64,000 bases of DNA from Eledone cirrhosa (taxonomy: Eukaryota), in NCBI GenBank assembly GCA_964016885.1, contig OZ024742.1, forward strand, positions 203,112,001 through 203,176,000, in the 5' to 3' direction. Positions 40,076 through 54,569 of the stretch are shown here, one piece after another. Within the stretch, counting starts at the first letter, position 1, and each line of letters starts with the position of its first letter. Both the position numbers and the translations under genes were made by a program. The notes beneath the pieces were generated by a model. It was not told the origin of the DNA, ran no database searches, and was given only the letters and a program-made list of their open reading frames with translations.

Positions 40076-40076
<1 letters not shown>
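39455..40076 (+). mobile_element. 5'-truncated Penelope-like element: GIY-YIG endonuclease end with inverted 3' copy upstream
   Basis: SYVGMAEGRFKERFLNH..CGLC..E..LNTRNE..CPH (39673-40026); 39515-39671 is the reverse complement of 39920-40076. Confidence 0.9.
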
Positions 40077-40145
<69 letters not shown>

Positions 40146-40150
40146 CACAC

Positions 40151-40185
<35 letters not shown>

Positions 40186-40871
40186 AAGAGAGAGAGTGAG
40201 AGAGAGAAAGAGAGAGAGTGAGAGAGAGAAAGAGAGAGAGAGAGATGTATACATCGTGGAGTTCTTATTGGCGTTGGTCATATTCTTGTTGTTGGTATTG
40301 TTGTAGAGTTTGTGAGGTGCTGGTACTGACGTTTGTGTTGTCATTATTGTTGAATGTGGTGGTTGTGCTTTAATAACTAGTTTCACGTGAAGCTCCAATC
40401 GATTAAGCCACCAATACGTATTGTCATTAGAAGCCTATCTTATCGATCTGTCACGTGGCAGTTATGGTGAAGTGTTCGATCCAATTTGCAGCAGAGAACG
40501 TCTGATATTTGCTGAGCTGAATACAGTTAATTGTTACTAATGCCACTTCACACTAACCACACACGCGCACACACACACACACACACAGACACACACATAC
40601 ATATATATATTATATAGATACACCTCTGTGTATGTACGTACGTATGTATGTATGTATGTATGTATGTATGTATGTATGTATGTATGTATGTATGTATGTA
40701 TGTATGTATGTATGCATATATGTATATATGTATGTATATATGTATATATGTATGTACGTATGTATATATATATGTATGTGGTACGTATATATGTATATAT
40801 GTATGAATGTATGCATCCATGTTTGTATGTATATATGTATGTTTGTGTGTTGTGTATATATCTATGTTATC

Positions 40872-41497
40872 TTTGTCTCTTAATTTCGAGTATATTTTTT
40901 TGACCGGCCACCTTCCTGGTGGCAAGGTTGTAAAAGAAAAGAAATTGTCATCCCTTGAATCGCAAGAATGTTTTGCAAATTTTGAAGGTGCCAGCTATCG
41001 CAGCCATTTGTAGACTATGAATTAGGGAGCTGCGCTTTTTGTTCACAAATCCAAGTTCAGTCATACTTTGGTCCAAGCGGGTTGGCATATAACCCGTAGC
41101 TCCAATAATGATGGGTATGAAGCTAAAGGTGTATCTTGGATACTGGATTTGTAAACTCCTCATCAATGGTCCGTAGACGTCCTCCTTCTCCTGTATTTTT
41201 CTGACAACGTTTACATCAAGTGGGCAGCTGACCTCCACAACAGAACACGTTTTCAATGTGTGTTCCCAAACAACAATATCAGGCCGGTTGTGCTTTAATT
41301 TGGTGGCAGTTTTTATTTTCAGGTTCCACCAGTATTCCTTAGTGTCATCTGTCTCAATATATTCTTCCTCGTTTGTTGTTAATTTTGTTTTTCGAAGTGC
41401 GTTCCAGATGGTTCTAGCTATCCCATCGTGTCTCATGGGGAGGTAGTAGCGAGATGACATTCTTTCGCAGCTAGCAACAATGTGGCTTACATCCTCG
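40872..41497 (-). mobile_element. R4/Dong-like non-LTR element 3' end (restriction-like endonuclease)
   Basis: HIVASC..RHD..KHNRPDIVV..VEVSCP..KE..Y..PIIIGATG in and just upstream of ORF 40948-41460. Confidence 0.82.
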
Positions 41498-41677
41498 ATC
41501 TATGTATGTATGTATGTATGTGTGTATGTATGCATGTATGTATGAATATATGTATCTATGCATATATGTATATTTGTATGTATGTATCTATGTGTCTATG
41601 TATGTATATGTGTGTATGTATATACGTATGTATATATGTGTGTATGTATATATGTATGTATGTATATATATATATGT

Positions 41678-41889
41678 CTCTTTCTCTTAATTTCGAGTAT
41701 ATTTTTTTGACCGGCCACCTTCCTGGTGGCAAGGTTGTAAAAGAAAAGAAATTGTCATCCCTTGAATCGCAAGAATGTTTTGCAAATTTTGAAGGTGCCA
41801 GCTATCACAGCCATTTGTAGACTATTAGGGAGCTGCGCTTTTTGTCCGCAAATCCAGGTTCAGTCATACTTTGGTCCAAGCGGGTTGGT
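41678..41889 (-). mobile_element. Second, shorter copy of the same R4-like 3' end
   Basis: Near-identical to 40875-41088. Confidence 0.88.
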
Positions 41890-42361
41890 ATATGTATATA
41901 TGTATGTATGTATGTATATATGTATATATGTATATATATATGTTTTTTATATCGGAGTTATCCCAGTTTCCTGAGTTGCTTTCTCCTAGAAGAATGCCCT
42001 GAGAAAGGCTAGGGGGTCCGTCCTTCACTCCCAGTGGTTACCGATGATGTTATTTTCTTCTTTTCGGGTTATAGCTACTGTCGCTCAGAGAGTGGGATTG
42101 GCTCAGTGCACAGTCTTTCGTCACTTTAAAAAATATCTTCACGCACAGGCATTGCAAGATAGAATTAATTATTATTAATAATGGTATATCGTGCAATGGC
42201 CATACTCGACAACGAGGGGGCAACCATCATCATATATATATGTATGTAATGTATGTATATATGTATGTATGAATGTATGTATATATATATATATGTATGT
42301 ATATATATATGTATGTATATATGTATGTGTATATATATAATTATATATATATATATAAATA

Positions 42362-42416
<55 letters not shown>

Positions 42417-42433
42417 GTATGTATGTATATATG

Positions 42434-42465
<32 letters not shown>

Positions 42466-42693
42466 CGTATGTATATACGTAAATGTTATTTATGTGCAAC
42501 GTGTTGGAGTAACAGAGAATAACAAAGACAAAAATATAAATAAAAAAATTAGAAACTATAAAGTCCAGAGTGTTTCTTTGTATGTGCAGAGATATTGACC
42601 AGTGGAAACATCACAATATACCACTTTAAACTGATCAACACAACATGACAACATACACAGTAATTCTACTGTCCACCTCTACAGTTATATAAT

Positions 42694-42885
42694 TGTTTCT
42701 ACTTTAGGCACAAGGCCAGCAATTACCCAGTGCATTACTGGTACTTTATTTTATCGACCCCGTAAGGATGAAAGGCAAAGTTAACCTCGGCGGGATTTGA
42801 ACTCAGTCCGTAAAGGGACGTAACTATGCTGAAAAGCATGGCGTCCGACCCTCTACCGATACTGCCAATCCACCGAGCTCTTAAA
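42694..42885 (-). mobile_element. SINE family 1, 14-bp TSD
   Basis: tacagttatataat at 42680-42693 and 42886-42899. Confidence 0.92.
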
Positions 42886-42954
42886 TACAGTTATATAATG
42901 ACCTTTGATGTCAATCCTATTTACATTCATACATATATACTTACGTACATACAT

Positions 42955-43002
<48 letters not shown>

Positions 43003-43004
43003 GT

Positions 43005-43260
43005 GAAGGCTTAGTGGTTAGAGCTTTGGGCTTGCAATTGAAAAGTTTTGAGTTCGATTCTCGTTGTGTCCTTGAGCAAAACACTTTATTTCACGTTGCT
43101 CCAGTTTATTCAGCTGTAGAAATGAGTTCCGAAGTCACTGGTGCCGAGCTGTATCGACCATTGCCTTTGATGCTGGTATGCACGGGTGACTGGTGATCTT
43201 CGTCAAACAACCTTGTTCGGACTTGTGCCGATGCAAATCACATGGTCATTCGTGATCATT
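43005..43260 (+). mobile_element. tRNA-derived SINE family 2 (CORE-like)
   Basis: A-box-like ggcttagtggttag, B box gagttcgattc, then gtgtccttgagcaaaacacttta; related copy at 61135-61282(-). Confidence 0.75.
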
Positions 43261-43909
43261 CGATATATATATACATATATTAATAGAATGATATATGTAT
43301 TGGCCTCAAAATTATCCGGAACTCTTTGTATCATGGCCCCTGTATGACTGGAACCAAATCAGTAAAGTACGTGCTTGTTATTGTAATTGTTCATTTGCTT
43401 TGTTAGTATTTTATGTGTATGGGATCTTCGCGTTTGCTACAAATACTTGGAGGCCTCACTCTCATTAAGGAACTTATGGCGAACGCACACTCTAGAATTG
43501 CAGCTGACTGGTGCTTCGCTTCAGAACCAGGAAAATACCTCACCATCAACTTCTGACGTTTACCACGTTGAGGTAAAACCCACAGTAGTGTTCCTATACA
43601 TACCTCCTGGTCACATCTAGAAGAATGACATTCGTTTGATTGGCTAAAATCATTGACAAACATACTCCAGCATCTAGTCTACATTTCTACCACTACCTGG
43701 AATGGCAGCTGTTCCTCAGACCTGTGACCTCATGCTACCTTCGTTCAGACATTCCCGTATCACTCGTCGCAACACACAGCTCTTTCTAGAATATCATAGC
43801 TCTGGAATTCTTTCCTTGGAGTTGAAACCATTTAAACTGAACTTCAACAGTTTCATTATCATCAGTCTCGGAGGACCTTCAAAGGTTGGACACAGCCTCT
43901 TCATAGCAA

Positions 43910-44113
43910 ATAATAATAATAATAATTGTTTCTACTTTTGGCACAAGGCCAGCAATTATCCCAGTACATTACTGGTACTTTATTTTTATCGATCCCGTAA
44001 GGATGAAAGGCAAAGTTAACCTCGGCGGGATTTGAACACAGAATGGCAAGGGCCGTAACTCTATGCGTCAAAGCATGGCGTCCGACCTTCTACCGACACT
44101 GCCAATCCACCGT
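43910..44113 (-). mobile_element. SINE family 1 with (ATT)n tail
   Basis: Family sequence match. Confidence 0.9.
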
Positions 44114-45132
44114 CATAATGATAATAATAAATATATAACACACCAGAACGCAATACCACCCCAACATATTAACACACAATGAACCAGGCACACACCACCA
44201 CTACAACAAGATCGGCAGCATTAGTCTCATGGGTGCTTTTGTCTCATTTTGTGCTTTTTCTTTTTAATGAAATAACTTATGATGTACGATAAACTGTTTA
44301 AATGATATCGATAGAAAATATTCCAAGTATTGAGAGAGATTAAGAGAGAGAAAGAGAGAATGAGAGAGGGTGGGGAGAAAGGGGAAAAGAGAGTGAGAGA
44401 GATTGAGAGAGAGAGAGAATGGGAGACAGAGTGAGACAGAGAAATAAAAGATCGTTACATAAAAATAAGAATGGAGGTAAGCAAAACGGGACATATTATC
44501 AGGTCCCCAATTATAGGGGGAATTGGAATAAGCGGGGGTTTGGAAAGTCGGTAATTGTTCTAAGTTGTCTGCATTGATAATTTTAGAAACCAGAATTAGT
44601 CGTTTAGTTACCCCCATCCTATACTATTTACTTTACAACGTATGGGAATTCTAGTTTCTTTTGTCATGTATAATGTTTCTTTTTTTAATGTCTAAATTAT
44701 CGCAGGAATGCTACGAATTAAAATAAAATTTCGCCGGAGATAGATTAGGAAAATTTAATAAGCAGGGGTGGGGTTGGGTGGTGTGAATAAGGTTGGAAAA
44801 AAATCTAAAAAAACTAAGAGGTGGAGGACTAGTATTCGAGACCCGAGAGTACATACACGCGCCACTCCCCATAAAACGTTTACAAATGATATATATTGGA
44901 TTCTACATCTAGTTTGTAGTGCACGGCATACCCTTCTTCTTCGGCTGTCGATTGGAGTTATTAAAGATTTCGGTACCTCGTCAATATATCTCCTTCCAAC
45001 ATTGCCAAGTAGTATTGATGCTACGTGAGAATATCTCAATTTTATGGTCCGTACTGTAGCGTAGCATATTTCCTCGTTATCTATATGCTGTCTATATGCT
45101 GTTATTCATTAATGTTTATATGAGTTTTATAT

Positions 45133-45200
45133 AAAACCCCCGCCGGGACGCCTTGTAATGTCCCTTGTACGCCCTTATGGCTAATAAAGAAAGATATCTA
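45133..45200 (+). mobile_element. Extreme 3' end of a third Tx1-related family
   Basis: aaaacccccg..ttgtaatgtccc..cgcccttatggctaataaagaaagatatct parallels the A and B termini. Confidence 0.6.
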
Positions 45201-45494
45201 TATGCCGTTATCACCAGAACCGTGATGTTATTGTAGCCTCTTCCCTTATTGAGGCGTTATGTTGGCCTTGTGCCTAAACCAGAAACGATTATTGAGGCAT
45301 TATGGTGTTTACTACTTGCGTGGGAGGCCGATGCATATTTCTTTCAAAGTGAAATATCGCCAACTTATGTTCTGAATGCGTTGAAGCAGGCGAGTGTAGG
45401 TGGGTTTTATTGTTTGGATGAAAACGTCCATGTTTCACTTCCATGTAGCAAGGTTGGTTGAATTATTACTTGGAAGAGTCTGATTTTGGTGTGG

Positions 45495-45733
45495 TTGTAA
45501 GATTTGCTGCCCACTGCCATCGTGCCACCTATGAGGCTGTGTCTCCGCCATTAGTACTTTGGAAACCAAAAGCAGTCACTAATAGCAAGGGACGCAAGCT
45601 CTCCTATCCCGATGTCATCTCCAGAGATTCTGACATTGAAATCCAGGATTTGGCAGCGACAATGAATGACAGACCCACGTGGAGATCAATTGTTGAGTCG
45701 ATTACGGCTGAGGCCGCCGGATGATGGTGATGA
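45495..45733 (+). mobile_element. RTE-like LINE 3' end
   Basis: RFAAHCHR..LVLWKP..SYPDVISRD..MNDRPTWR, tail gatgatggtgatga. Confidence 0.8.
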
Positions 45734-45960
45734 CTACTTGCTGAGGGTTTGTCCACTTTTATCAGCAGTGGTCTTTCACTTATACCCCCTACACAGGCAC
45801 ACTCACATACTCACACACTGCATTGCATATCTTATTATTTTCTTCTTTTACTCGTCTCAGTCATTAGACTGCGGCCAGTGGCAGCATCGTTAAGGAATTT
45901 AGTCAAACATTTCATTCCCAGTACTTGTTTTAATATATTTTTTCCAGTCCGGGATATATT

Positions 45961-45991
<31 letters not shown>

Positions 45992-46095
45992 AAGAAGAAG
46001 AAGAAGAAGAAGAAGAAGAAGAAGAAGAAGAAGAAGAAGAAGAAGAAGAAGAAGAAGAAGAAGAAGAAGAAGAAGAAGAAGAAGAAGAAGAAGAA

Positions 46096-46957
46096 CTTTA
46101 ACCCATCAGTGGTTGGCATCCTCTGGACTGAAATCGGAGACTGAAGGACTGATTATATCGGCACAAGATCAGTGTCTGCCAACAAAAAATTACCAAGCCA
46201 ACATAATAAAAAATGGGTGCAGCCCATTATGCCGTGTATGCAAAAAACAACCAGAGACCATTGACCATATAATTTCAATGTGCAGTCCTATAGCTCCAAC
46301 CGAATACCTAAACAGGCATGACAGAGCTGCACAATACATACATTGGATAATGTGTAAGCATTTTGACCTGCCCCATCAAAAGAATTGGTGGGAGCATCAA
46401 CCCATACTTGAAAAAGATCACATCTCAATCTTGTGGAACTTTAGCATCCAAACAGACCGAAAAATAGATGCAAACAGACCTGATATAATATTGAAAGACT
46501 TTCAAAAGAGGGTATGCCTGCTAATTGATATGTCTGTTCCAATAGACAAGAATGTATCTATAAAAACATTTGAAAAATTGAGCAAGTATAAGGACCTGGA
46601 GATAGAAATTGGAAAAAATGTGGAAATTGAGAACTAAAACAATACCAGTGGTTGTAGGCGCTCTGGGAATGATACCTAAGGGGTCTAATGATTACATATC
46701 GCAAATCCCAGGAAACCCGCGTATAGGAGAAATACAAAAGATAATACTAATGGGAACTGCCCATATACTAAGGAAGATTCTGTCAATATAAGTACATCAC
46801 AAGTCTAAACACTAAAGATGCATGTGTGAATATGTATGTTCTTTCTTGAACATGGCGGACCTTGTTGTCTCTTGAGGTCACTGGTTGTGACTTGGTGATA
46901 ACTCGTATGAACATAAAGCAAGATAAATGCAACAGTAATAATAATAATAATAATAAT
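46096..46957 (+). mobile_element. R4/Dong-like non-LTR element, 5'-truncated (CCHC + REL endonuclease), (TAA)n at 3' end
   Basis: ETEGLIISAQDQ, CRVC...ETIDHIISMC, RHD, NRPDIIL, IDMSVP, K..KY, PVVVGALG; one frameshift near 46615; stop at 46791. Confidence 0.9.
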
Positions 46958-47658
46958 TTGTGGGTGATTTAGACATATAATTAACTTTCTCGTTATTATA
47001 TTTGCTTAAGAAAAGCTTTTACATAAAATTAAGATGGAAAATTTTAAAGATAAACCTAAAACCACTAGTTTTAGGTAATTTGGTATGGAAATTGACATGG
47101 AAAGGAATCATTATTTGAACCAGACATTTTGGCTACCATTTCTAGCAGATCAACTGGCCACATATAAAGAAGGCTTCTTCCCACGAAAGTCTGTCTATTG
47201 ATCTTTCCTTATTAACAAATGCGATGAAAAGTTCTTTTAAGAGTGTCATAGCATCAATTGTGAGTCAACATAATCTAATGTTCTATGTAAACGGTAAAGG
47301 AATTTATATAAGGTTCCATTAGGTAAACATAAGAACTATAATGGAACAGTAAGAATAATGGAACAAGAGATTTATGGAACTGAGGTATAATGGAATAATT
47401 TTTATGTAAACATTTGATTGTAATTTTACTCATTTGACTCTTACTATCAGCATCGCACCATCGTTCCCGGCAAACTGATAACACTATATATATATACACA
47501 CACACAAACACACACACATATATATATATAAATATGTGTGTATGTGTGTATTTCATTTTCTCACTAGTCAGTTCTTTTGTTGCTACAGATCACGCGGCTG
47601 AATTAGCGGTCGCTATTTTCAATTTGCAAAGCCCTTTAAACTGTATGTTATTACTCTG

Positions 47659-47830
47659 GCGGTATCGGTAGAGGGTCGGACGCCATGCTTTCCAGCATAG
47701 TTACGTCCCTTTATGATCTGAGTTCAAATCCCGCCGAGGTTGACTTTGCCTTTCATCCTTACGGGGTCGATAAAATAAAGTACCAGTAATGCACTGGGTA
47801 ATTGCTGGCCTTGTGCCTAAAGTAGAAACA
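47659..47830 (+). mobile_element. SINE family 1, slightly 5'-truncated, 12-bp TSD
   Basis: gttattactctg at 47647-47658 and 47831-47842. Confidence 0.92.
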
Positions 47831-47973
47831 GTTATTACTCTGAGGTCTATTCCTCGTCGAGTGCTTGACTGCACTGCTGACGGCATTCGTTGGCTTAGCT
47901 GCTGATCGAACTTCGAATATGCTGTACTATTGTATATATAAATATATATATATATATACATTTATATATATAT

Positions 47974-48074
47974 ATATGGTGTCCCATAAAATGTATACAC
48001 ACTTTGATTACCTGTACAGACAATATTTATTAGAATACTGTTGAAGTGTAAATACATGTTTTAGGACACCCTGT
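47974..48074. mobile_element. Possible Tc1/mariner-type MITE remnant
   Basis: ggtgtcc..taaaatg / ttttaggacaccctgTA imperfect TIRs in TA context. Confidence 0.45.
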
Positions 48075-48863
48075 ATGTATATATATATATATAAATATAT
48101 ATATATATAAATATATATGAGAGACGTAAAATAAGAAAATTATAAAATTAACTTACTTACTAAAATATCACTTCCAACTAATTAGTTTTGAATAAGTTTC
48201 CAGAGTCCACGCTTTGCCTGGATACTTAGCTGAGAATAGTCTTCCCTGACGACGAAATGATTCTCTATGTTTTCTTCGGAAAGTATATTTATTCATCTAT
48301 TCATCTATTCACCTATTTACTTGAAATGGTTTATACAAATGCCAAATTAATATGGATATGGACAACATGCTTACCTATAAGTGGTCAGCTATAATAATAA
48401 AACAACAAATTATATGACACAAAAATGTATTCAGTAATTTCTAGGCTCTTAGCCACTGAGTATTAGACACTCAATATTGCCCAGAGTTCAACTCGGGGAG
48501 GTGGCCTGGTTTGAACTCCAAATGGCGGATCCTTCTACTTCGAAAATAGAATCGTTTTTCAATATTACTCTAGCCCTGGCCGGCCATAGGCACCAAACGT
48601 TTTGCCCTACTCAGCATATGATGAGGTTTTATTACCAGAAACGATAAATTTGAAGGCAATTTCTACCAATACTTGTTGGTTTTTATTGCTCATTATCGAC
48701 AATAAATTACATTGAACAGAAATGATAACTCTGTCAAAGCTCACAATACTGATGAAAGGCCAACAATGTCTGAATCATTTACGTCGAATATTCATAGCAG
48801 TGAAGGTAATTTCTACCAATACTTGTTAGTATTTATTGCGGAACATAGCAGTGAAACCAATTT

Positions 48864-51800
48864 TTACCAATACTGTAATACTCTGTTAGTGGTATCAATT
48901 GCAAATGTTATACCATCAGGATCGCACACTCGAGATACAGCAAAATACAGTTGCCCATGGCTGAATACTGGATCATTCAAGTAGACACCGACTCGCTTGA
49001 AAGTCTGTCCCTGTGCCTTGTTGACAGTCATGGAGAAGGCTAAATTGACGGAAACTGTCTCATTTGCCAAATGAATGGCAGCAGATCTTCACTTGGTCTC
49101 AGCATGATCCTCGGAATGAGAACCGATTCCTCTCTGCCTGGGAGTTTAGCTTCTAAAACTCTTCCGTTAATCAATCTCTCAACAATCAATCTGGTACCAT
49201 TGCAAAGACCCATTTTATGATTGATATTTCTAAGCAATATAATCGGCATACCCTTTTTCAACCTCAAAATATGTGGGGGAAATCCGGGTATTTGAAGTGA
49301 ATTCAGATACTCAGTCGGAACATCCATATTGTTCTGCTGATTAGGCTCTATTGCATCCGCACTGACGGCCAACCATTCCTCTCCAGGAAACATTCCGGCT
49401 ACTTGTATATTTATTTCATCGACCGTTGCATTCGTATGAGTTAGAATAACGCGTTCCGATATCCAGGAGATATTCTGCCAAAAAGCATTCAAATTAGGGA
49501 ACACCCAGTCAATCAATGCTTGGCGGTCCAGTGGCATGACCAAATGGTCTGGGATTCTTACAGTCTGATTATCACCAACGTGTGGCAATTCATCGTTTCT
49601 CAACTGCATCAACTATCGGCCGTATGTCTCAGCCTCTTTGTTTTGCCCGAACATACGAAGTCGCATATTATCGTGTAATCGCAAATTTCTGAAATGGTCC
49701 CACAACGGGGACATGCATTTCAGACATTCATTCCTAACAATTGGTAGCACCTTTCTGAAATCGCCACCAAGAACGATAGTCTTACCAGCGAATGGCAGGT
49801 CACTACCGCAGATATCTCTCAAAGTTCTGTCCAATGCCTCCAGCAAATATCTGTGTGCCATTGGAGCCTCGTTCCAAATAATCAGAGACGTATTGCGTAT
49901 AAGGCCCGCGAGTTCACTTTGTCCTGTAATGTTACAGACACTCAACTCATCCGGAGCCAATGGAGCCTTGAAGCATGAGTGGACGGTCCTTTCACCATTC
50001 AGCAAAGTGGCAGCGACCCCACTGGTGGCCACAGGGAGAGCAATCTTCATCTGACCTCTGACTGCCGATAACATAGTGTTGAAACAGAATGTCTTTCCGG
50101 TGCCTCCTGGAGCATTTATGAAAGCACAAAGTTGCTCATAAGTGGAAATCGAGTGGAGAACGCCATCGACCAATTCTCTCTGAGATTGGGTCAACATTGG
50201 CATACGTTCATCTATAATACGTTGCTGTTCCAGTGGATCAAACTGGAATAGTTCCCTCCGATCGAGTGGCAACCGTCTAAGCTGCAATCTCATGTTCAAT
50301 GCTAAGACACGTTGCGCATTTCTTCATCAGGAATTGGCAAATTGAAATCTCTTAAACATTTGAAATGAACTTCAAGCAGTTGCTCAATATTGAGCAAAAC
50401 AATAGCCTTCATCAAATTTTCATCATCGACCTGAAGATGATGCCTAAAATCATCAGCCATAATTCCCCAATGGCGTTCAAATAACTCTCTTGGATCGGCA
50501 GGATTGCAGAATCGTAGAATCGTGACAAACAACTGCCTTATTTGAGCTGGCATCTGTGTTGTTCCTGCAGCTTCCATGGCGTTATTGCATTCAGCGTCAT
50601 CCTGAAGGAGTCCCAGATGTTGACACACAGCCTGGTATGTTTCATATTCTACGCCATTGATTGTTTTCAAATCAGCGAAGTTCTGTTTACCTCTCGAAAA
50701 ATCACTATGCAACATAATTCGGAGATAAAACACATCACCAGATGCTGGATGGACATTACAAACCCCTCCAATAGTCATGAATATCAATTTTTGTTTTCTA
50801 TCATTCCATTTCTTTCCCTTCTTTATCCACGTATAAGGGAAATCGCAGTAGAGTTGCCTTTGATCCGGGTTCAAAGCATGTCCCTATTATGCTTGAACCA
50901 CTCAGTCAATTCCGTCTTAGGAGGTGGTGCGTTAGCAATTCTTTCGACACCTCTTCTAGTGTCCTGAAAACAGACCATTTGCCTATTCTCTAAGTGAACC
51001 GTCAGTTTCTGAACGCTGGGTTTGCGTTCATGAAAATCCAACAATCTCCAGCAAGCTTCGCTAGATCCAATCGAGCGAACATCCTGGAACCTGCAAACTT
51101 CCTTGGTTCGCTTCCTCATTCCTGACATTGATCATTGCCCGATCATGACCTTTGTAAACATATTTGAATAGATATTTGCAAGCTTTCACTGAGCTACAAA
51201 TTTCCACATTAATATGACAACGATATTTTAAAAAATCAAATATCGATTGTATGGCACAACCCATTGATTTGTAACCTGTCGACCGTTTACATTTTCGACC
51301 AAACCGCCATCGGCAGGCGACCGTCTTCTGTATGAGGGATGAGCATCCCCATCGTTCCAGGAAGTGTTCGTAACAAAAGATTTCGGAAAGTGCTTACTGC
51401 ATTGGCCAACTTTCATGCAAGGCGCTTTCCGATTTGCCACTCCGCATTGGTTGTGCACCATTGACTTTGCCACCAAGTTGCGTAGTGCCTCATTCTCCGG
51501 CAGTTCAGCACACACAATGCTGTCGACATCCTCAGCACATCTCAAATTGAAATCTCTATGTAAAATGATCAGCAAATGTGCATGTGGCAATTCTCTTTTT
51601 TGGAATTCAATTATGTATGTAAAAGCAACTATACCTCCAAAGATTCCCTCTTTTTCCACATAATCCATTATCTATTTCAGATATCCTTTGAATACTCTTG
51701 CCACAGTATCAGGACGGTCCTTTGGCAGTTGTCCTGGCAAAAGTGCACCCTTAATATCAGTCCATTCAGGATTGCATGTAACCGTTATAAACAAATCTGG

Positions 51801-53345
51801 CTTTCCAAACTTTCTGACAATAGCCATTGCATCCTGATAGCGAATGTTCATATATCTCGGGCCGCCGATGAAAGACGATGGCTAAATGATGCGTCGACCA
51901 ATTTGCTTGTAATTGGCATCATCGGCTGTTATCGCATCCTGTATATTATTATAAAATTCAGCTCTGATATGTTGCTGATGTGTAGCTGTATAATTTAGAC
52001 TTTGATTTTCGATCTTTGCGAATGCCATACAACAGTATTCCTGGAACAATCTGCTGGCTTGAAATAGTGCATTTCTCTGTTGATTCCTCTCGTTCAAATG
52101 GAACGCGTAAAAGTCGCGAATCGAATTATTGTGTCTATTGCCACCTCCCCGTTGATGCTGATTCTCATGATCATCTAAATGAACAGACATTTGACTCATT
52201 GATAGGCTTGAGACCACCATCTCTGCGATTGAGGACGATATCTCTCGATCCAGGCTTATCGTCCATCAACACAACAACTTCACGAAATCCTTCAGGGGCA
52301 TTATATCGCCGTTCATGTTGATTCCTTGGCACTGCGTCAGCCTTAATCACCAATGTTTGCTGCTGAACATTTTGCAGTTCAGCCACCAACATAAAATCCA
52401 TAACATAAGGATTACACTGTCTAAGCCATGATTGCAAATCACGGACTAATCACTTAACCTTTGCCGTTTAAGTTCAGTTATATTTCCCGGCAACTTCATC
52501 CAAGCGATCCTGATATCTTCCTCCGATTCACTATAATCTGGATCGTTAACGTAAATTTGAGCGAATCGAGGCCTCTCTCCTGGGGTAACTTCTAAATTAC
52601 CGATACAATAATACAAACGGCCTTGAATGACTACATTCGGTTGCCATGCTCCACTCTCAAACATCTCACTAACTCTCTGCGATACTAAAGCTAATGGATT
52701 GTTAATTTGCCGCGAATATTTGCGCAGTAATCTACCTCGGTCTCCTTGATCACTCCACATACTTAGTATTTTAATCTCCGGTGACTCCTCATCATCCGGC
52801 ATTCGCAAGGGTTCTAGTTGAACTGCTCCTTTATGACAGCACATTGTGGTCCACGTCTTTTCGTGCCTCCAAAGCAATGCTCCACAATGTGGACGCTCTG
52901 CTCGTCCACCAATCTGAAAATGACACGGTTAACATGATCCATTTTTAATATCATTCGTTCGCCTTCTAACCTCTTTACTGGAATGAGGAGCACTTTGGCG
53001 ACACATTCTCTGAACTTCTGTATTGCGCTGGCGCTGTTCAACCAGCTCCTCTTCATCCATCACAGCACGCCGTTGCTGCTGAATTCTGACCATCTGCTGA
53101 TGATGCTCAGCCAGTTCGTCTTCAACCATCGCAGCACGCCGTCGCTGCTTGGCTCCAGTGTTTCGTTGGCGTTGTTCAGCCAGCTCCTCTTCATTCATGG
53201 CGGCACGTCTTCTCCTCTGAAGTTCGGCGTTCCGATGGCGCTGTTCGGCCTGTTTTTCTTCATTGTTGGCTGCACGCCGTCGCCGCTGTAGTTCACTGTT
53301 TGATAAAGTCGAATTGCTTTTATTATCAGTATTCATTTCAAGCAA
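48864..53345 (-). pseudogene. Helitron Rep/Helicase, decayed (many stops and frameshifts)
   Basis: N-terminal R/E-rich repeats, CPHC..CC, EFQKRELPHAHLLI (HUH), KYLFKYVYKG (Y2), [40 protein letters not shown] (Pif1-like). Confidence 0.95.
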
Positions 53346-53847
53346 TTGTCAAAAAATGACACAATAATAAATATAAAATATGTTCGGCAATGTAAAGAAA
53401 GGTCCTTATTTACTCCCTTCACAACTCTGTATGTTAGACTGACAGACAGGCACACAGGCAGATAAACTGCGTGGCGATTGTGGAACGTCACACACATACA
53501 CACATGGAAACGCACACACGCACGCAAACTTACACACGCACATACTCACACATGTTGATAGTTTTTACTTTCTGTGGAACGCTGCACGCACGCACACACG
53601 CATAAACATATGCGCAAGTACATACACACGCACACATGTTAATAGTTATTGAACACAACGTTCACACTCTCCCCTCTCACTCCCTCATTGGCATTATGCA
53701 TATTAATTTCAGTTTGGCGTCGTTGAGGTGGGTGGAGTCGTTTGAAACCTATGAACCAATGATAATCGAGAATTATGACACACGGAATAATGACGTTCTT
53801 GAAATTAATAAATAGATAATTGTATATATTTAATACACACACTCACA

Positions 53848-53922
<75 letters not shown>

Positions 53923-54155
53923 CGTTTACCGTCCACCTCCACGTTTACTTTACTCGACTTATTCAATTATCATCAATCATTATTATAGTTATCGGCATTG
54001 TGGTGACTATATATTTAAATTTCAAATTATGCAATGGTTCATAAATTCACCAAATATTGGTTTTATATATACACACACACATACATACATGTACAGACAC
54101 ACACATACACACACACACACATACACACACATATATACTGTATATACGTATATAT

Positions 54156-54238
<83 letters not shown>

Positions 54239-54286
54239 TATATATATGTCTGTATATATACATATATATATATATACATACATACG

Positions 54287-54317
<31 letters not shown>

Positions 54318-54569
54318 GTATATGTATATATATATATGTGTGTGTGTGTGTGCGAGTGTGTGTGTATCTACGTTTGTGTGTGTCTGTGTAATGAACAAAA
54401 GAAGAAAACAAAATAAACAACTGTAGTTTAACGACGTTGGTGATCGAGGAAAAGTTAACTGTATTTTTCGGGCTAAGCCTTTCTTCAGAAATTATTAGCA
54501 TTGAGTTCAATTGCTCAATTTGTACCACGCTCTGTTTTATTTCTGTTGATCTGTTCCCTGTTTCACCAC

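Noticed and set aside
44470-44485. ATGGAG|GTAAGC as a host first exon
   Set aside because: No downstream exons identifiable; chance match likely.
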